Source: Tubulanus polymorphus (taxonomy: Eukaryota > Animalia > Nemertea). Taken from it: a stretch of 64,000 nt of DNA. The notes under the pieces are model-generated. The model was not told the DNA's origin and did no database searches. It saw nothing but the letters and a program-made list of their open reading frames with translations. Location: NCBI RefSeq assembly GCF_964204645.1, contig NC_134029.1, forward strand, positions 20,454,950-20,518,949, written 5' to 3'. Below, in pieces: positions 26,601 through 39,289 of this stretch. Numbering within the stretch: the stretch's first letter is position 1; every line of letters starts with the position of its first letter. The translations under genes and the position numbers were made by a program.

Positions 26601-29600
26601 ACATTCTACTGAAGATCCAGTGAAGTGAAACAGTAGTAATCATCTGCCACGACCTGTCATGGTTCCCACAGTTATAGTTAAAGCAGCTTCCTAAGTTTTC
26701 CCGAAATATTTCGCGGGTAATTTTGCAATTTTCCTGAACGGGGAAATGGGGCCTTCTTTAAAATGAACATATAATAAATATAGGCCTACACCATTGCCCC
26801 ATTGTACTACAGAGAAGTGAACATTTTAACTGGTTTGATAAAGGCGATTTCTGAAGATAGTTGCCCTTGAGCTAGCATTCGACATCACGGAACTAGGCTG
26901 CTACGTGAAGCGTAAAATGATTTAACAAATATTTTCCGGATTGGACGACAATTAATCGAAATCCACAAAGGGGAATATCATGCGTTTTCCCAATTTCCCA
27001 TAACTATGGGAACCATATGTACTAGCCTACCAGAACATCTACAGTCTAGTTACTTTTCCGCTCTGGATGTCAGAGGGGCACTATCATAGGCATAGCTGTG
27101 ATGAGAATTTGAATTTGAATTTAGATTGATTTTTTCCAAAAAAACAATCCCCTCGACCCTGTATACGTGTATCGCGATTTCGTTTAAACCAAAGAGAAGA
27201 AGATTCAAAAAACAATCCCCCGTTCGTTCTGACTAGGAAACATGAAAGATAGAGATCTGTTGTGTTCGCCGATTGTTGCGTCGTGACCCTTGGACTTCAA
27301 ATGAAATCGAGCCCCGGGGATGATATACATCATTATTCCATTTCGATACACGGCGTTGAGCAACGAACGAACGAACGACCGAGATACACCATAAGTAATA
27401 AATAATGCTCGATTTTTCCGCTGTCACCGACACAAACTGATTATTATGATAATAAATTCATCTATTCAAAGCCGAATCTCCGTAGTCTCGACAATAATTG
27501 ACCTCATTTCGTACAACAATCATCCATCACTCGGGGCGCCGTCGTCGTTGTTGCCGAGCAACTGGATCTCGGCTACGAGTATCCAGAGACGAAAATACCG
27601 GGCCGCGATTCAATTGAAATAAAGAAACGTCGGGCGCCGCGCGTGAATGGCCCGCAAGGAATCGAGGTCAAATATATTATAGTGCATTCTGAAAGACTAG
27701 CGTTTGTGCGCTATTGTCGAATTCTGTGTTGCTATACTATTATTAACATCTTTTACTTAAATGGTTATGAATTCGACAAAGCGGAGCGTAAACCTCTCGT
27801 CTTCCGATGCTAAAACATCTATAGCGATATGCGCATACTGAAAACCCCGGGTATTTTTAAGGACGATTCACCACCTGGGGCGTGTTGAGATTTTTTATGC
27901 CGAAAAAATACCAATCATTCATATCGGATAAACGCCAACAGCCGAATTAACGTGCCTCGGCGATTTTGCGCAAAATGCTAAATTTCGCATTCGGTATTCA
28001 TTTATTCGCGCGAAATCCAGGAACGTATTAACTATTGAAAATAGCATTTATCAACGCGCGAAACGAATAAAAGACCGAACGTTTCGAATTCAACACCGCC
28101 GCGATTATTGAATGGTTTATCAAATGCGGGCAGAATACTGAAAAGTCCATATAGTCTAGTAACACGGAGGAAGGAAGTACTTTCGTTGTACGAACAGAAC
28201 AGTTGGATCGGGGTTTTCTATCTCCAGCAGGAAAACTATAAATACCGAAGAGGAAAAAAAAAAGAGTACGCAATTAAACTACGGATAGCAGTTCTAATTA
28301 GGGCCTACTAGAAAACCGCAACAACAACGATATCATCGGTTTTTACACGCATCCACGAAAGCTGCCTAACCCCTCAAGGGGCTGGTTCCTAATATCGTAA
28401 ATGTCCAAACGCGGTCTTAAATCTTAAGGCCGGTCTTAGATCGGGTACGAGATGTTCTTATACACTGGTGGTCTTAAAAGCCCCGACAATGGAATCCGAT
28501 GTCAACACTGTCAAGTCACTCATACATAGGCCTACTACATTTTCTGTTTGTCGTATTAGTAAGCGATATGTAGAGATATGTAGACTTCGACCCCTCTGAC
28601 GAATAACCTCCAGTAGTCCGCCCTGAGTTATTGTTTGAACTACGAAACCTAAATAAATACGGCGGTCGGTCGGAGCAGATATCATCGGGGCGCGAGGGTA
28701 AATATCAAACCACTTAAAATATCATCACGAGGCAAGTTTTATCTATCTATGAATGGAACCGGGCGAAGTTTTTATCAATGACACAGGAATGTATCCTTAG
28801 CCAATCAGGCGTCGGTTTCATTCATAATTTCGATCACATGATTAGTACTGCGTGTCGGGGTAGTTCCCGGTTCATTCATGCTTACTGAGTCATTTTCACG
28901 GAAATGGCTTCTACCTCGTACTCGCGCGAGAGAGAGCGAGCGAGTTAGACTTTGACCGTGTAGAACGGCTAACAACACTGCGAGGAGTAAACAATTATCG
29001 CCGGCTATACACGGCCGGCATACAACGACTACCATTACACATAGGAAGCATGACGCAATACAACGAAATCGCGAATCGAATTTCGGAAAAAAATTCCGCA
29101 CAAGTTTATGGCACCGATTTCCTAAGATAAACGAATGAATGAAGGTCGTCGTGGCTGGCTGTCGCGTTATCTTAAAAGGGTTTCTTTTTTCGAGCGCCAT
29201 AAAAAATGTCGACTTCGAGACCCGCGCGCTTATCGTATACATTACAGCCACCGCGCATAGTAAACCTCAGCTGATGTGTAACAGATTAGAAATTTCATAT
29301 CGATCTATATAATACACGTTCATATAGGCCTACGTCGATTAAAAATATATCGGCGGTTTTAGTGTACACCAGTATATAGAGGTACATCGAGCATATGGCT
29401 CTCTTCGTTATACAATTAATTAACCGAATGGCACAGATGCCTAACATAACAGTCGGTCGGGGCTGATTCGAAACGACGTTCTCATAAAACAACCACCGAC
29501 CACTGACGCAACCTTCGAATTCCGAACGGGCGAAACTAACTTCAACCGAAAAAAAAAACGGAACATACTTCACCGGTGACTAGCAGTCTTACTATGTTTG

Positions 29601-32600
29601 AAAATAGTAGCTTCGTTACGCTACGCGTTCACGAATTCTACAACTACCGACTACATTTTCTCGGAAGACGCGAAGAGTTTGTGGCCGACGTAAAAATGAT
29701 TTTATAATCGTGAAATAACGGGTCTATAGCGCAGGCTTCGAATCCAAAAGAACCCCCCCCCCCCCCCCGCAATACATTTGATACCGCTCATTTATAATTC
29801 TTAAGGAAATATGAAGCAGAAACCTTACACTCACAACTATACCCACATAATGTTAAATGTGTTGTTCAACCTTCATAATATCAATACAGATCGCCAAGAG
29901 GTCTTATCTAAGCATTTTAAAATTTTTTTTGGGGAGGCAGTCAAGACGTCCATCTAGCTCAAGACATGTTAAAAATTGACTCCTATTGCGTATTTCTCAA
30001 GCTACGGTCGGGAATCAACAGAAAGTTGAAAACGGATTGAGATAAACGAATCTTACCTGGGAAGTCGCAGTAATGAATGCGGCGTTTTTCTAGGTCGGGA
30101 TTGTTACGTCTGTTATACTTGATCGTCGTGCAACCGGGGTGCGTGTGACGCGGCATACCGGACGGCGTCAGCGGTATCTCCACCGGCTGTCCGTTACTGG
30201 CCAGAACGAACATACTCTTCCTGGCGTTGAGGCCCGGGTACGGCGGCGGGGGCGGCAGATTGCCGTCGGGACTGCCGGGCTGCGACGTAGGGGGCGTCGG
30301 CGGCAGTAAATTCGAAGGACACGTCTGTAAGAACGAAGGAGCGCTGACCGGGTATGCGATCGGACTCGAGTACGGACTGATTCCCGGCGTCGTTGCCGCT
30401 GATGATGACTGCGGCTGCGGGATGATTAACCGCGGTTTCGGCAAGACGAGATTCCGCGACGTTGACACGACTTCGCCCAACGAACTCGGCGGTTTACAAT
30501 CGCCCGAAAAGTCCGACGAAAATTGGCACAACGACGACTCGACTTTCTCTTGTTTACATTCTAACATGTCGGGAACAGAAAATGGACACGCGTTCATTTG
30601 CTGCGACAATTCGAGTCCGGGTTCTGTTTTAACTTTACTCAAATCGAAATCGACTTCGTCGATGCCGTCGTCGGTGTCCATAGGCGTAGACTTGGTTTCG
30701 ATGTCGTCTTTGTCTCGTCGTCGTTGTTGGGAAACGTCGTAAACCGGCAAACAGTCCTGCAACTCGTCCCACAGCGTGTCGATGGACCGCTTCGTTTCTC
30801 CGTCCTCGTCGTCGCCCGCGTTATCTATGTTGTCACCAGGTGGCGCCGGCGGCGGAGGAGAGTTCGCCGGGGTCGAATTCAAACTCTTTGTCGCCGTCGT
30901 TGAAATGGTCAACGGGGAGCTATTGCGGGAACGATCGCGCACGGTCAATGACAGCGGCATCATGTCGCCGGATGTGGTCGTGGTAACGGGCGATCTGTTT
31001 TCCAGGCGTAGAACCGGCGATTGGTTTCCGGGATTAGGGGACTGGTTACCGACATCAGTGGCGTTACTGCCGAGTACCGGGGATTGGTTACCGCTGAGAA
31101 CAGGCGGCGATTGGTTACCGATTAACGTCACCGGCAACCGGTTACCGAGCACCGGTGACTGCGTACCGGACGACGACTGCGTCGCCAATGGCGACGGTAC
31201 GTACGGCTGCCGATTCAGGCTCATGTACTTCTCGAAGTTCACCGTCTTCTCGCCGTGAAAGAAGAAGTTCTCGACGATCACCGAACTGTCGCGGCGCGCT
31301 TTCTCGCCGAGCGGGTCGAGTCGCAGGAACGAGTTCTTCGACAAGTACAGGCCGTGCTGGTGGTGACGCGGCACCACGCGAGAATTCAAATTCGACTCTC
31401 CGGCGGGCGCGTCATCGCTGAAAAACTCGTCGACGACCGACGCGCTCTCGCGTCGCGGTTTCTTGTAGCTCGGCGACGGCAACGGTTGATGGGTCAATAG
31501 ATATTGATCCAATTCCGCTTTCGTCTGCAAGTAAAAACGAAAACAACAATCTTTGAATTCGGCGCGGCTCGATATCTTATCGGGGAATGTTAATAGTGTT
31601 CCGATGTACGGATCATCTAACAGCCTATTTTCGGGTATTCCAAACCTCTTGATCATTATAAGAAAATGACGGGGTTCGTAGAAAAGATAAGGAATATTTT
31701 CAATCGTCTCAACGTCAATGCAGATAACATTATCCAAACTGGAATCGACCAGTTGAGAAAAAAAAATAAACTTAAATTGCTTTTCTCTCGGCTTATTACA
31801 AAGTAGTTCAGTAGAATCGACGAAATTTCTTGAACTTAAAAGTGCTCTTTTTTTTGTCGATGAAAATGACTGTTTTCGAAGCTATGCCAATTTTTACTGA
31901 AAGATCGGCGACGACGTATGCCCGATTCAAAGAATTCTATTTAGAACTCGTAGCGAATTTTGAACGGCGAACGTCCGTTTATATTGTGTTTATTGTGCAT
32001 TTTCATACACACACACATGATTTCGAAACAAATAAAGCGCAAGGTAAATCGAGTTCGGTTTATGACGGTGCTGCCGATGGCCACGCATCAGCGCATTCGT
32101 ATAATAACCCGACATACGTCCTTTTAGAAATAGCTTACAATCTAAGCTCGGAAAATATTCTATTTGTGCCCTCATGTAAAAGACGGCAAATAAAAACGAT
32201 TAATAACTTATTTGGTGAACTTGTTATTTAAGTTATATATTAACTTTTATCTTATCTGCGATTACACTTTACAACTATTCAAATATTACACATGGAAATA
32301 GTACAAGAATAAGTGCGATCCCTTCTGACTATCTTGGAGCAATCAGTCAGAATTATTACTCTTAAGTTCACATTAAATCTACTACCATTGAATCATTGAT
32401 ATTGATGGAAATTCAGCAGTCAGACTTGGTTAAATTTAGGGATTTAAGGGCCTCTGCAGTTCATAGCACCTGGTAGGCCTGATTAATCTAGTTACTGACA
32501 ATATGAAGCTTGCAATGCATGTACAATTTACTTCTACAATTAACCAAAAATTATCATAAAAATCAAAAAAAAAATATAGGCGGTAACACCAGTACGGTAC

Positions 32601-33283
32601 CATAATTTCAATCTAGATCATGTGGTTTCATTTTTATTTCTTTTAGCCTATCAAAAGGTAGAAAGATTGGATCAAATTAGGCTACCGGTAGTCCTGGCTT
32701 CTCAAAGACCTAAGACATTAAGTAAGAAATACCGGAGCTAAACTAGAGGTATCAAAATCAAGGCCGGGTTCAATTCGACTCAAAATAAGGACCAAGCAAC
32801 TTGTAGAGCTAAAAAGGCTCCACTATCAAAAACAATACGGTGAACAGTAACTTAGGAGTCCTTTAACATAACCAGGTCCGTGCCAAACCCCAGGTCACCT
32901 ATGGTATGCATTTTAACCATTTCCAGACTATATCAAGATTGCCCCATAACCCATAAATAGTGTTACCAACCGTTTTGCACAGAGAGGTTGCACACAAAAA
33001 ATGTAAGTGATTACAAGCCCAACGCAATATATGACATTATTTATCAATCCTGATGGGCCGGTACATCGTTATAATTTGTATGCGTTCCCAACAAGATTTT
33101 ATTTATCATATATCAGATTGAAATGTTCGAAGATAATCAAACTGCGCCTACCTGAAATCCTGACCCAGATATCGCGCTGCTGACTTCGTTCGGTGGAAGA
33201 AAACAATCGTCTTGATCTGGTACGATTTGGTCGTCAAAAACATCGTTGTAGTCGTCCGGCGCCAGGCACAGCATCTCAGCCAT
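20669..33283 (-). CDS. KLF5: Krueppel-like factor, KLF5-type, 621 aa, 4 exons
   Basis: Exons 33283-33152, 31524-30057, 22032-21973, 20874-20669 (1866 nt, in phase, GT-AG). Three C2H2 fingers ([46 protein letters not shown]). KLF5-type motifs [43 protein letters not shown] degron-like segment, PPPY. Confidence 0.92.
22245..22375. mobile_element. Palindromic Harbinger-like MITE fragment (TTAAGACC family)
   Basis: GGACCGGTTGC ... GCCACTGGGTC ends, internal CCAATCTAACAACTTAAGACCA-like core shared with ~15790 and ~16140. Confidence 0.5.
22598..22634. repeat. (ACTCAC)n hexanucleotide microsatellite
   Basis: Direct read, about 6 copies, preceded by (CAA)n. Confidence 0.9.
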
Positions 33284-33437
33284 GTTACCGTCAACCTTTA
33301 GAGAGTAATTCACAACTGTCTCTGATTCGGATTTATTCGATAAACTTTCGTGAATCGAGATCTCGGGTCGCTTTGCTGCTCGTCAGATGGCTTCCAATTT
33401 TATGAATGAACTCTCGAAGCCAGCTACTCAGTGCCGC

Positions 33438-33447
33438 CCATATAAGG
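33438..33447. promoter_or_regulatory. Perfect CArG box (SRF site) in the KLF5-like proximal promoter
   Basis: CCATATAAGG fits CC(A/T)6GG, ~155 bp upstream of the ATG, next to a GGGGCGG GC box. Confidence 0.5.
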
Positions 33448-35371
33448 CAATAAAGGGGCGGTGCTTAGCGGCGATCGCCATTCTCGGTTATGTAAATTGA
33501 CAGTTAGTTTATGAATGAAACCGCCGAACATGCCCGAAGGCTTCCGAATATTAATGAGTGACAAATTTATGAATGGGACTGACTATAAGGGCGCTCGAAA
33601 ATATCTGCGGGCAGCTCATTTTCTTCGATATCCATACGTTTCTACGATCTTGGTCGCCCAATGTTGGCATATTATATATATTTATATGAAAAAGCGGTTT
33701 AAGGTGAAAATATAAGTAAATGCGCATCAGCAAAACAATGATGACATCATACCACGTGATAGTAGTGGCAGCACAATACGGTAGCCTTTAGTTTCCATCA
33801 TCGTGGTTCGGGCTCGTTGCGCCGGGCTCAATATTGATTCCGTGTCATTAGACTGTTGTTAAGAGAATCTGGTTACTGGATTGGTACCATCATGCGGTTC
33901 TCCGGACAACCACTCTATATCTCACTGAGACTGTTGTTATTCGCTATAACTGTTTGGCTCAAACCCAATAAGGCCCCGGGGGCTGATTTGAGCTGCCTTG
34001 AACCTTTTCTGTCGGTCAAATCTATGACCGGTCTCTTAGAATACGAATCCCAAATTACAACCATTGCCCCAACCCGTGGTCAACCGTTTTATAGAACCAT
34101 GGACTCTAGGAGGGAAACGTTTAGGACTCTAGGAGGAAAACGTTTCACTCCAACGTTTTTAGAGTCCGAAACGTTCTTCCGCTGGGGGATGGCCTACTGC
34201 GTACTGCGGGTAAAAAAAACATAACCAACCGGACCCCAGTTAGAGAGTATAGTAAACGAAAATGTGAGCGATAAGATACATGCTACGTTTTAAGGGTGTG
34301 GTTATATTAATTTTCTTCCCCAGGGTCAAATTGAAGCAACGCAAATAACATCAATATACGTCAATAATATCATATTTACGATAACTTTTGATGTTCATAC
34401 AAGATACGAATGTCATCTTCCAAAATAAACTGAAGTAATCGATTGGATTCTTACTCCGCAGTAGGAAATTTCATTCACAAAACTGTCAAACCCAACGGCA
34501 ATAACACATTAAACACTCTGATCGGTTACGGAAACCGTATTTAGGTGCCTAGGAAACTTGCGCACTTACTAGACTTTCAAAATTAGACATATTTTTTTCC
34601 GATGTTGGGTGCGGATACTATTAGACTGCCACGAGCGTTTGAGTCTTTGTTTGAGAATTTTTAGAGGCACCCCGAACTTCAATGGGCGGGTCCCCTTTCA
34701 GTAATCACGCATCACATCTCAGAACATTGGATGCCTCTCATTAAAAAAAACAGAAACCGGATTTTGAAAACAAACTTGTAGACATTTGACATTTCGGCCA
34801 TGAATAGGACTATTAGTTGAGACCGCAGTTTCAGAAAATCAAGTTAGCGACAATATTTCAAATTCTTTAATTAATTATTCTATCTAAGAGCCAAGCTATG
34901 AAAACAAGGCAACGAATGGTCATTCTAGTCTTTCTTCCAATGATATTTTCGAGCGATTACATAAATTCAGCGAGCCCGGTTTCAGGTATATATTTTCCAG
35001 ATCACATTGCAAAGCATCCGGTATCCACTTCTTTTGTAAGAAACTTCCTCGAATAAATCATACACCTCTATAAAATTAGTTGTTTGTGACGTGAATTGTT
35101 GATCATCTTACTATAACGCGCTCGATGGTATTGCGCGCAGACGATCGATTCAGCACTGCGCCTTTTATTCTCAGATACCGCCCTCAGTTTTTCTAGGCAC
35201 CGCTATTGAACAGTCACCGATAGAAATGTCGTCGTTCTAGAATAACGGGCGTCTGAGGAAAAAATCGAGCACTTATGAAGGGCGAAAAGTTGAAAACAAG
35301 GATTGATTCTGGAGCATTTGAGAACGTGCATCGAGGCAACTCCCCGTTGGGCCTTCATGTACGGTTGTCCC

Positions 35372-35420
35372 ACCTTGGAGTAATCATTTGAATGATCATT
35401 TCAAATGATTACTCCAAGGT
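35372..35420. repeat. Near-perfect 49-bp palindrome
   Basis: ACCTTGGAGTAATCATTTGAATGA/TCATTTCAAATGATTACTCCAAGGT with a single-base bulge. Confidence 0.9.
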
Positions 35421-35466
35421 CCCACGAACTGTGTCACAGAAAAATCACAGAACCGTGTCTATGAGA

Positions 35467-35664
35467 TGTAAAGAGAATCCGACAAGAATAACGAAAAACA
35501 GTCCGAGAATGTAACTGAACCTACAGTAGTTTATTCGAAATTTCAATTACATTCTAATATTCATATTCCGGAATAGAATATAGTCGAAACGTCGAATAAA
35601 CTACTATAGCTCCAGTAACATTTTTGGACGATTTTTTCGTTATTATTGTGGGATTCTCTTTACA
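35467..35664. repeat. ~200-bp imperfect inverted repeat, possible Penelope-like terminus remnant
   Basis: TGTAAAGAGAATCC...TAGTTTATTCGA pairs with TCGAATAAACTA...GGATTCTCTTTACA; contains CGAAACGTCG at 35585-35594. Confidence 0.7.
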
Positions 35665-36392
35665 TTATCGTGTCTCAACACACGGATACAGTGTTTTATC
35701 AATAGTCATCGTGTCTACGTGATTTATAGAAGTTGTTGACAATTCTTGATTTCATCGTGGTTCAATCGCTGATTGATAATGTCTGGCGATGAAAGCTTTA
35801 AAAATCGGGTCAATATGATGCCGCAGTGATGACAACAAAAATATCACATTGAAATTTCATAATAAATTTATTGAGGATTAATTAAGACATGTACCAATAG
35901 AGAGCAGCACCGCTTATAGCTGAGTAATTGTTATATCAAAATATAGAATTATCAAAAATAGTCTAGGTGATTACTTAACAATAATTATAAAAACATGAAA
36001 TAAATTTTCGAGAAAATCAGACAAACAGCTGTGACCAGTGAAAAGCACTTTTACTAATCAAGTTATATTGAGTTAATAATTAACAACATCCCACTGAAAG
36101 GAAACAGATCAACAACAACCGGAAACCAAGCCTATATGTGTGGGATAAGCCCATACAGAATTGACTGTAGAATTCAGCCGATTTGAAATCCCCAACAAGG
36201 GCAGGTTTGGAGGGCCCCCTGAATCCTAGCATTAATTTCATGACAATTATTCTAAATTCTGGCAAGACCATTCTAAACGCATCAATTTTGAAAGATTTTC
36301 GAGGAGACAGATTTATGGACGATCACTAGGACAATAAATTTCTATTTAAAGCACTAGGCCTACGCCTTCAAATTTTCTAGATCTGCCCCTGA

Positions 36393-38610
36393 CTAAGCTA
36401 CATGTATTTGATCGTTTTCACATCGTAAAGAACTGATTTTTTCATACAGTTCGCGTCTATAGCTCAACATCGATTTCACATCTTTCCCGCACAGCACGTC
36501 GGCCAGCGAAAGACGCGGGACACCTTCAAGACGAAGTTCATCGCGACGGCCATCGCGGAAATTAATCCAAATCGACAGCGCTAACAGAAATGACTCTGTC
36601 ATCGTTGGTCGAACCGGAAACAATCGAGCCTCCCATAAACTCGAATAACCAGCTGAACCTTCGGGAAATATTTCGCCGAAATCTTCCCTCCAATCAAAAA
36701 GGCTACGACCCAAATATAAAATACAACTTGGATCGTTTAGGTTTATCTTAGTTTTAAGGTCCGTCCCGATTTCTAGTACGATTGTCACATAATGTACGCG
36801 ATTGTTAGAAATCACGGGTAAAGTATGCATGAAACACTGACCAGGAATATGAATTCTATTGACATCATTATTCGTTACTTCACAGTTACTCAGAATTGTA
36901 TTGGCATCAACAGTGACTGGCGAGTTGAAATGACAAAATTCGACTACGCTGCTTTCAGCTATCACAGAATCTCCAGTTAAACAGGAATGTATAATACAGC
37001 CTGAGCAGTTCGTTCTAGTACCCGTATAAGCATTGAAATTATCACGATTCAGATCTATATCCGCCGCGAATTGATCATTACCTGTAAAATTCTCTATATA
37101 TTCTTTCATCGTGCCGATGTGATAGAACTTCGAATTCTTCAACAAAACGACATTAATCGCTGTCCCTTCGAGCAAGTCGTAAAGAGCGTCGCGCGTCCGA
37201 CGAAGATTATCATGAGACCGCGTAACATTCGACACATTCTCGATGTAAGCTCGATTCGAGTTCGGTCCGAGCGCTTGAAGGAAGTCGCCGTACGCGTCGA
37301 TTTCGCATTCGACGGGACCTTTCGTTTTGTAGAATTCGACGAAATCTCGCGCGATTTTCCGATCGAAAAAGAACGCGCTATCCGTGTAAACGACGTCGGA
37401 ATTAGGAGCGCGAACGATAGCGTTCGTTTCGCGCATCGATTCTACGCCGGGTTTCTGTAGTACTCGTAGACATTCGACCATCTCGACCGCTTTATCTTCG
37501 TTCAGTTTATCGACGTCTTTTAAAACGTAAACGCCGTGTTTCGTACCCAATTCGACGACCGACGGATGAGCGAGGACCGTGAAACCTTCGTTTTCGAACG
37601 ACCAATTCGCGTCGTCGGCGTCTAGACTGTAAGGCACGATGTCATCCGCGCAGGTGACGAACACGCCCGCGGACATCTTTTTTACAAATGGCATGAATAT
37701 CGCGAGTTTCAAGTCTAACATTTGCGTAAATTTCTCCCCGATCGGGAGAGCGGTGAATATTTTACCGAGCGCGCTAGCGCTGGGTAAACGCTGACTCTTA
37801 CCACCGGCGTGTATCATGAGTATCTTCATTTCGTAGACTCGTTCACCATAGATTTCATATAAAGCGCCCAGGCTATTGATAGTAGCTCCACCATTTCCTG
37901 AAAAGAAAAAATCGCACTGATTAAAAAAAACAAATGTCATACGGCAAATAAAATCACACATAATCATTTTTTATTTCAAACAGATTTGATTTGATTTGTG
38001 TCATGTATAAACAATGAGATTAAATTGTTGATAAAAAAGTGCCTGTAAATCATGTGTTCGAAAAATTGTTTGATTTTGCTTTTCGTACAATGAAATTTTT
38101 TTTAGAACAATGAAAAATTATCTTTCAATAAGAACAATTATAAGATTAATCAAGCTAGTTACGCTGGTTGTGAAAAGCAAAAGCTGGGACACTTGCCGTA
38201 GGATAATACAAGTGAGGCATATAGGCAGATAAAATAGAAAGCTTTCAAAAGATACTTAAGGGTAGCAAGGACACAAATTTACCTGATTTGATCGCTGGCT
38301 TATCAGCAAAAATATGAAACTGCAACGATTCTGGAAGGCCCTTCTTCATGCGTTTATCCTGTAGTTGAAGTTCATAGGCGATTTTTTGTTCCTCATCAGC
38401 CGTTGTCAGGACAACTATATCCCAAAATGGTACATTTTCTTTCGTTCCTTCAACGGAGAAAATTTATTGATTTTGGCTTAATCATTCATTACATACATAA
38501 AGTGCTAAAATGGCGGTAAAATGAGGTGAATTACCTTTTAAAAATGCTCGAAAATCTTCAAACAAATGCAGCATATGGCTATGAATATCGTGCTTGATAA
38601 TGGATGTCAT
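36393..38610 (-). CDS. FPGT: Fucose-1-phosphate guanylyltransferase (GDP-fucose salvage), 581 aa, 3 coding exons
   Basis: Exons 38610-38535, 38447-38283, 37897-36393 (1746 nt, in phase). FWDIVVLT, GNGGAT, HAGGKSQRLPSASALGKIFTALP, GTKHGVYVL, LQKP, CEIDAYGDFLQALG, SKFYHIGT motifs; no fucokinase domain; minus-strand AATAAA at 35867-35872. Confidence 0.93.
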
Positions 38611-38983
38611 GTTTTCCTTTTAAACAATGCTCCGCACCTGAATTTATAAGAAGAATTATGGATTACCTGAAGACTTAGGTAGTTTCCATAGGCCTCCTTT
38701 GGGCGGCAGTAAGCTATCATAAATTTTGGGTTGAAAATATCCAAACGTGAAACCAAACCTCCACAGATAAGTTACTGATTACCCCGACAATAAATTTTAA
38801 CGCGATCATTCGTTATCATTATTTTTTTGACGAATAAATAAAATACTAAGTAAATTTGATTAGTTTTTGTTTGGTTTTTACTGCAGGCCTTTCTCTACTC
38901 TACTTGAGATGGGCCGGGGTTTTTGGGACGCTTTCATCGGTTTATTCATTACACAAGCTACTAAATGAACTTATTTCAACTTC

Positions 38984-39166
38984 TCGGTAAGATTCAAGAA
39001 TAGGGGACTAGTGGTTAGGATTAGGGTTAGGTTTAGTTCCCTAATCATCATTAATTACTGCATTACTATCATATCATTATCATTATCAATTACTAATATT
39101 ATTACTTAATTGATTACTATCACTACATATATATTGCTATAGTCCCCTATTCTTGAATCGCACCGA
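38984..39166. mobile_element. MITE with ~26-bp TIRs and internal TTAGGG-like repeats in the FPGT 5' region
   Basis: TCGGTAAGATTCAAGAATAGGGGACTA ... TAGTCCCCTATTCTTGAATCGCACCGA; interior GGTTAGGATTAGGGTTAGGTTTAG plus ATT/ACT-rich low-complexity sequence. Confidence 0.7.
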
Positions 39167-39279
39167 TTTCTCTTTACGCAAATTTAGCATTTTACACAAA
39201 TAGGTATGTTTTTTTTCGATTTTGTATAAACTTTACCCTTGTTGTCAAGATTCGTATGACCTCTGTTGATACTTAGTAC

Positions 39280-39289
39280 ACCGGAAGTG
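39280..39289. promoter_or_regulatory. ETS (GABP/ELK-type) motif at the probable FPGT promoter
   Basis: ACCGGAAGTG consensus just upstream of a candidate non-coding exon donor (G|GTAAAG at 39236 on minus); matching acceptor at 38638. Confidence 0.45.

Noticed and set aside
30227-31500. Several plus-strand ORFs of 80-170 aa
   Set aside because: Antisense to KLF5 exon 2; explained by its codon bias.
31525-31737. N-terminal extension of the 584-aa ORF
   Set aside because: Intronic: TTGCAG acceptor at 31525 joins in phase to exon 1 at 33152-33283.
34100-34180. GGACTCT...AGAGTCC-GAAACGTT stem resembling a hammerhead 3' half
   Set aside because: No CUGANGA core upstream; better explained as short direct and inverted subrepeats of a decayed transposon.
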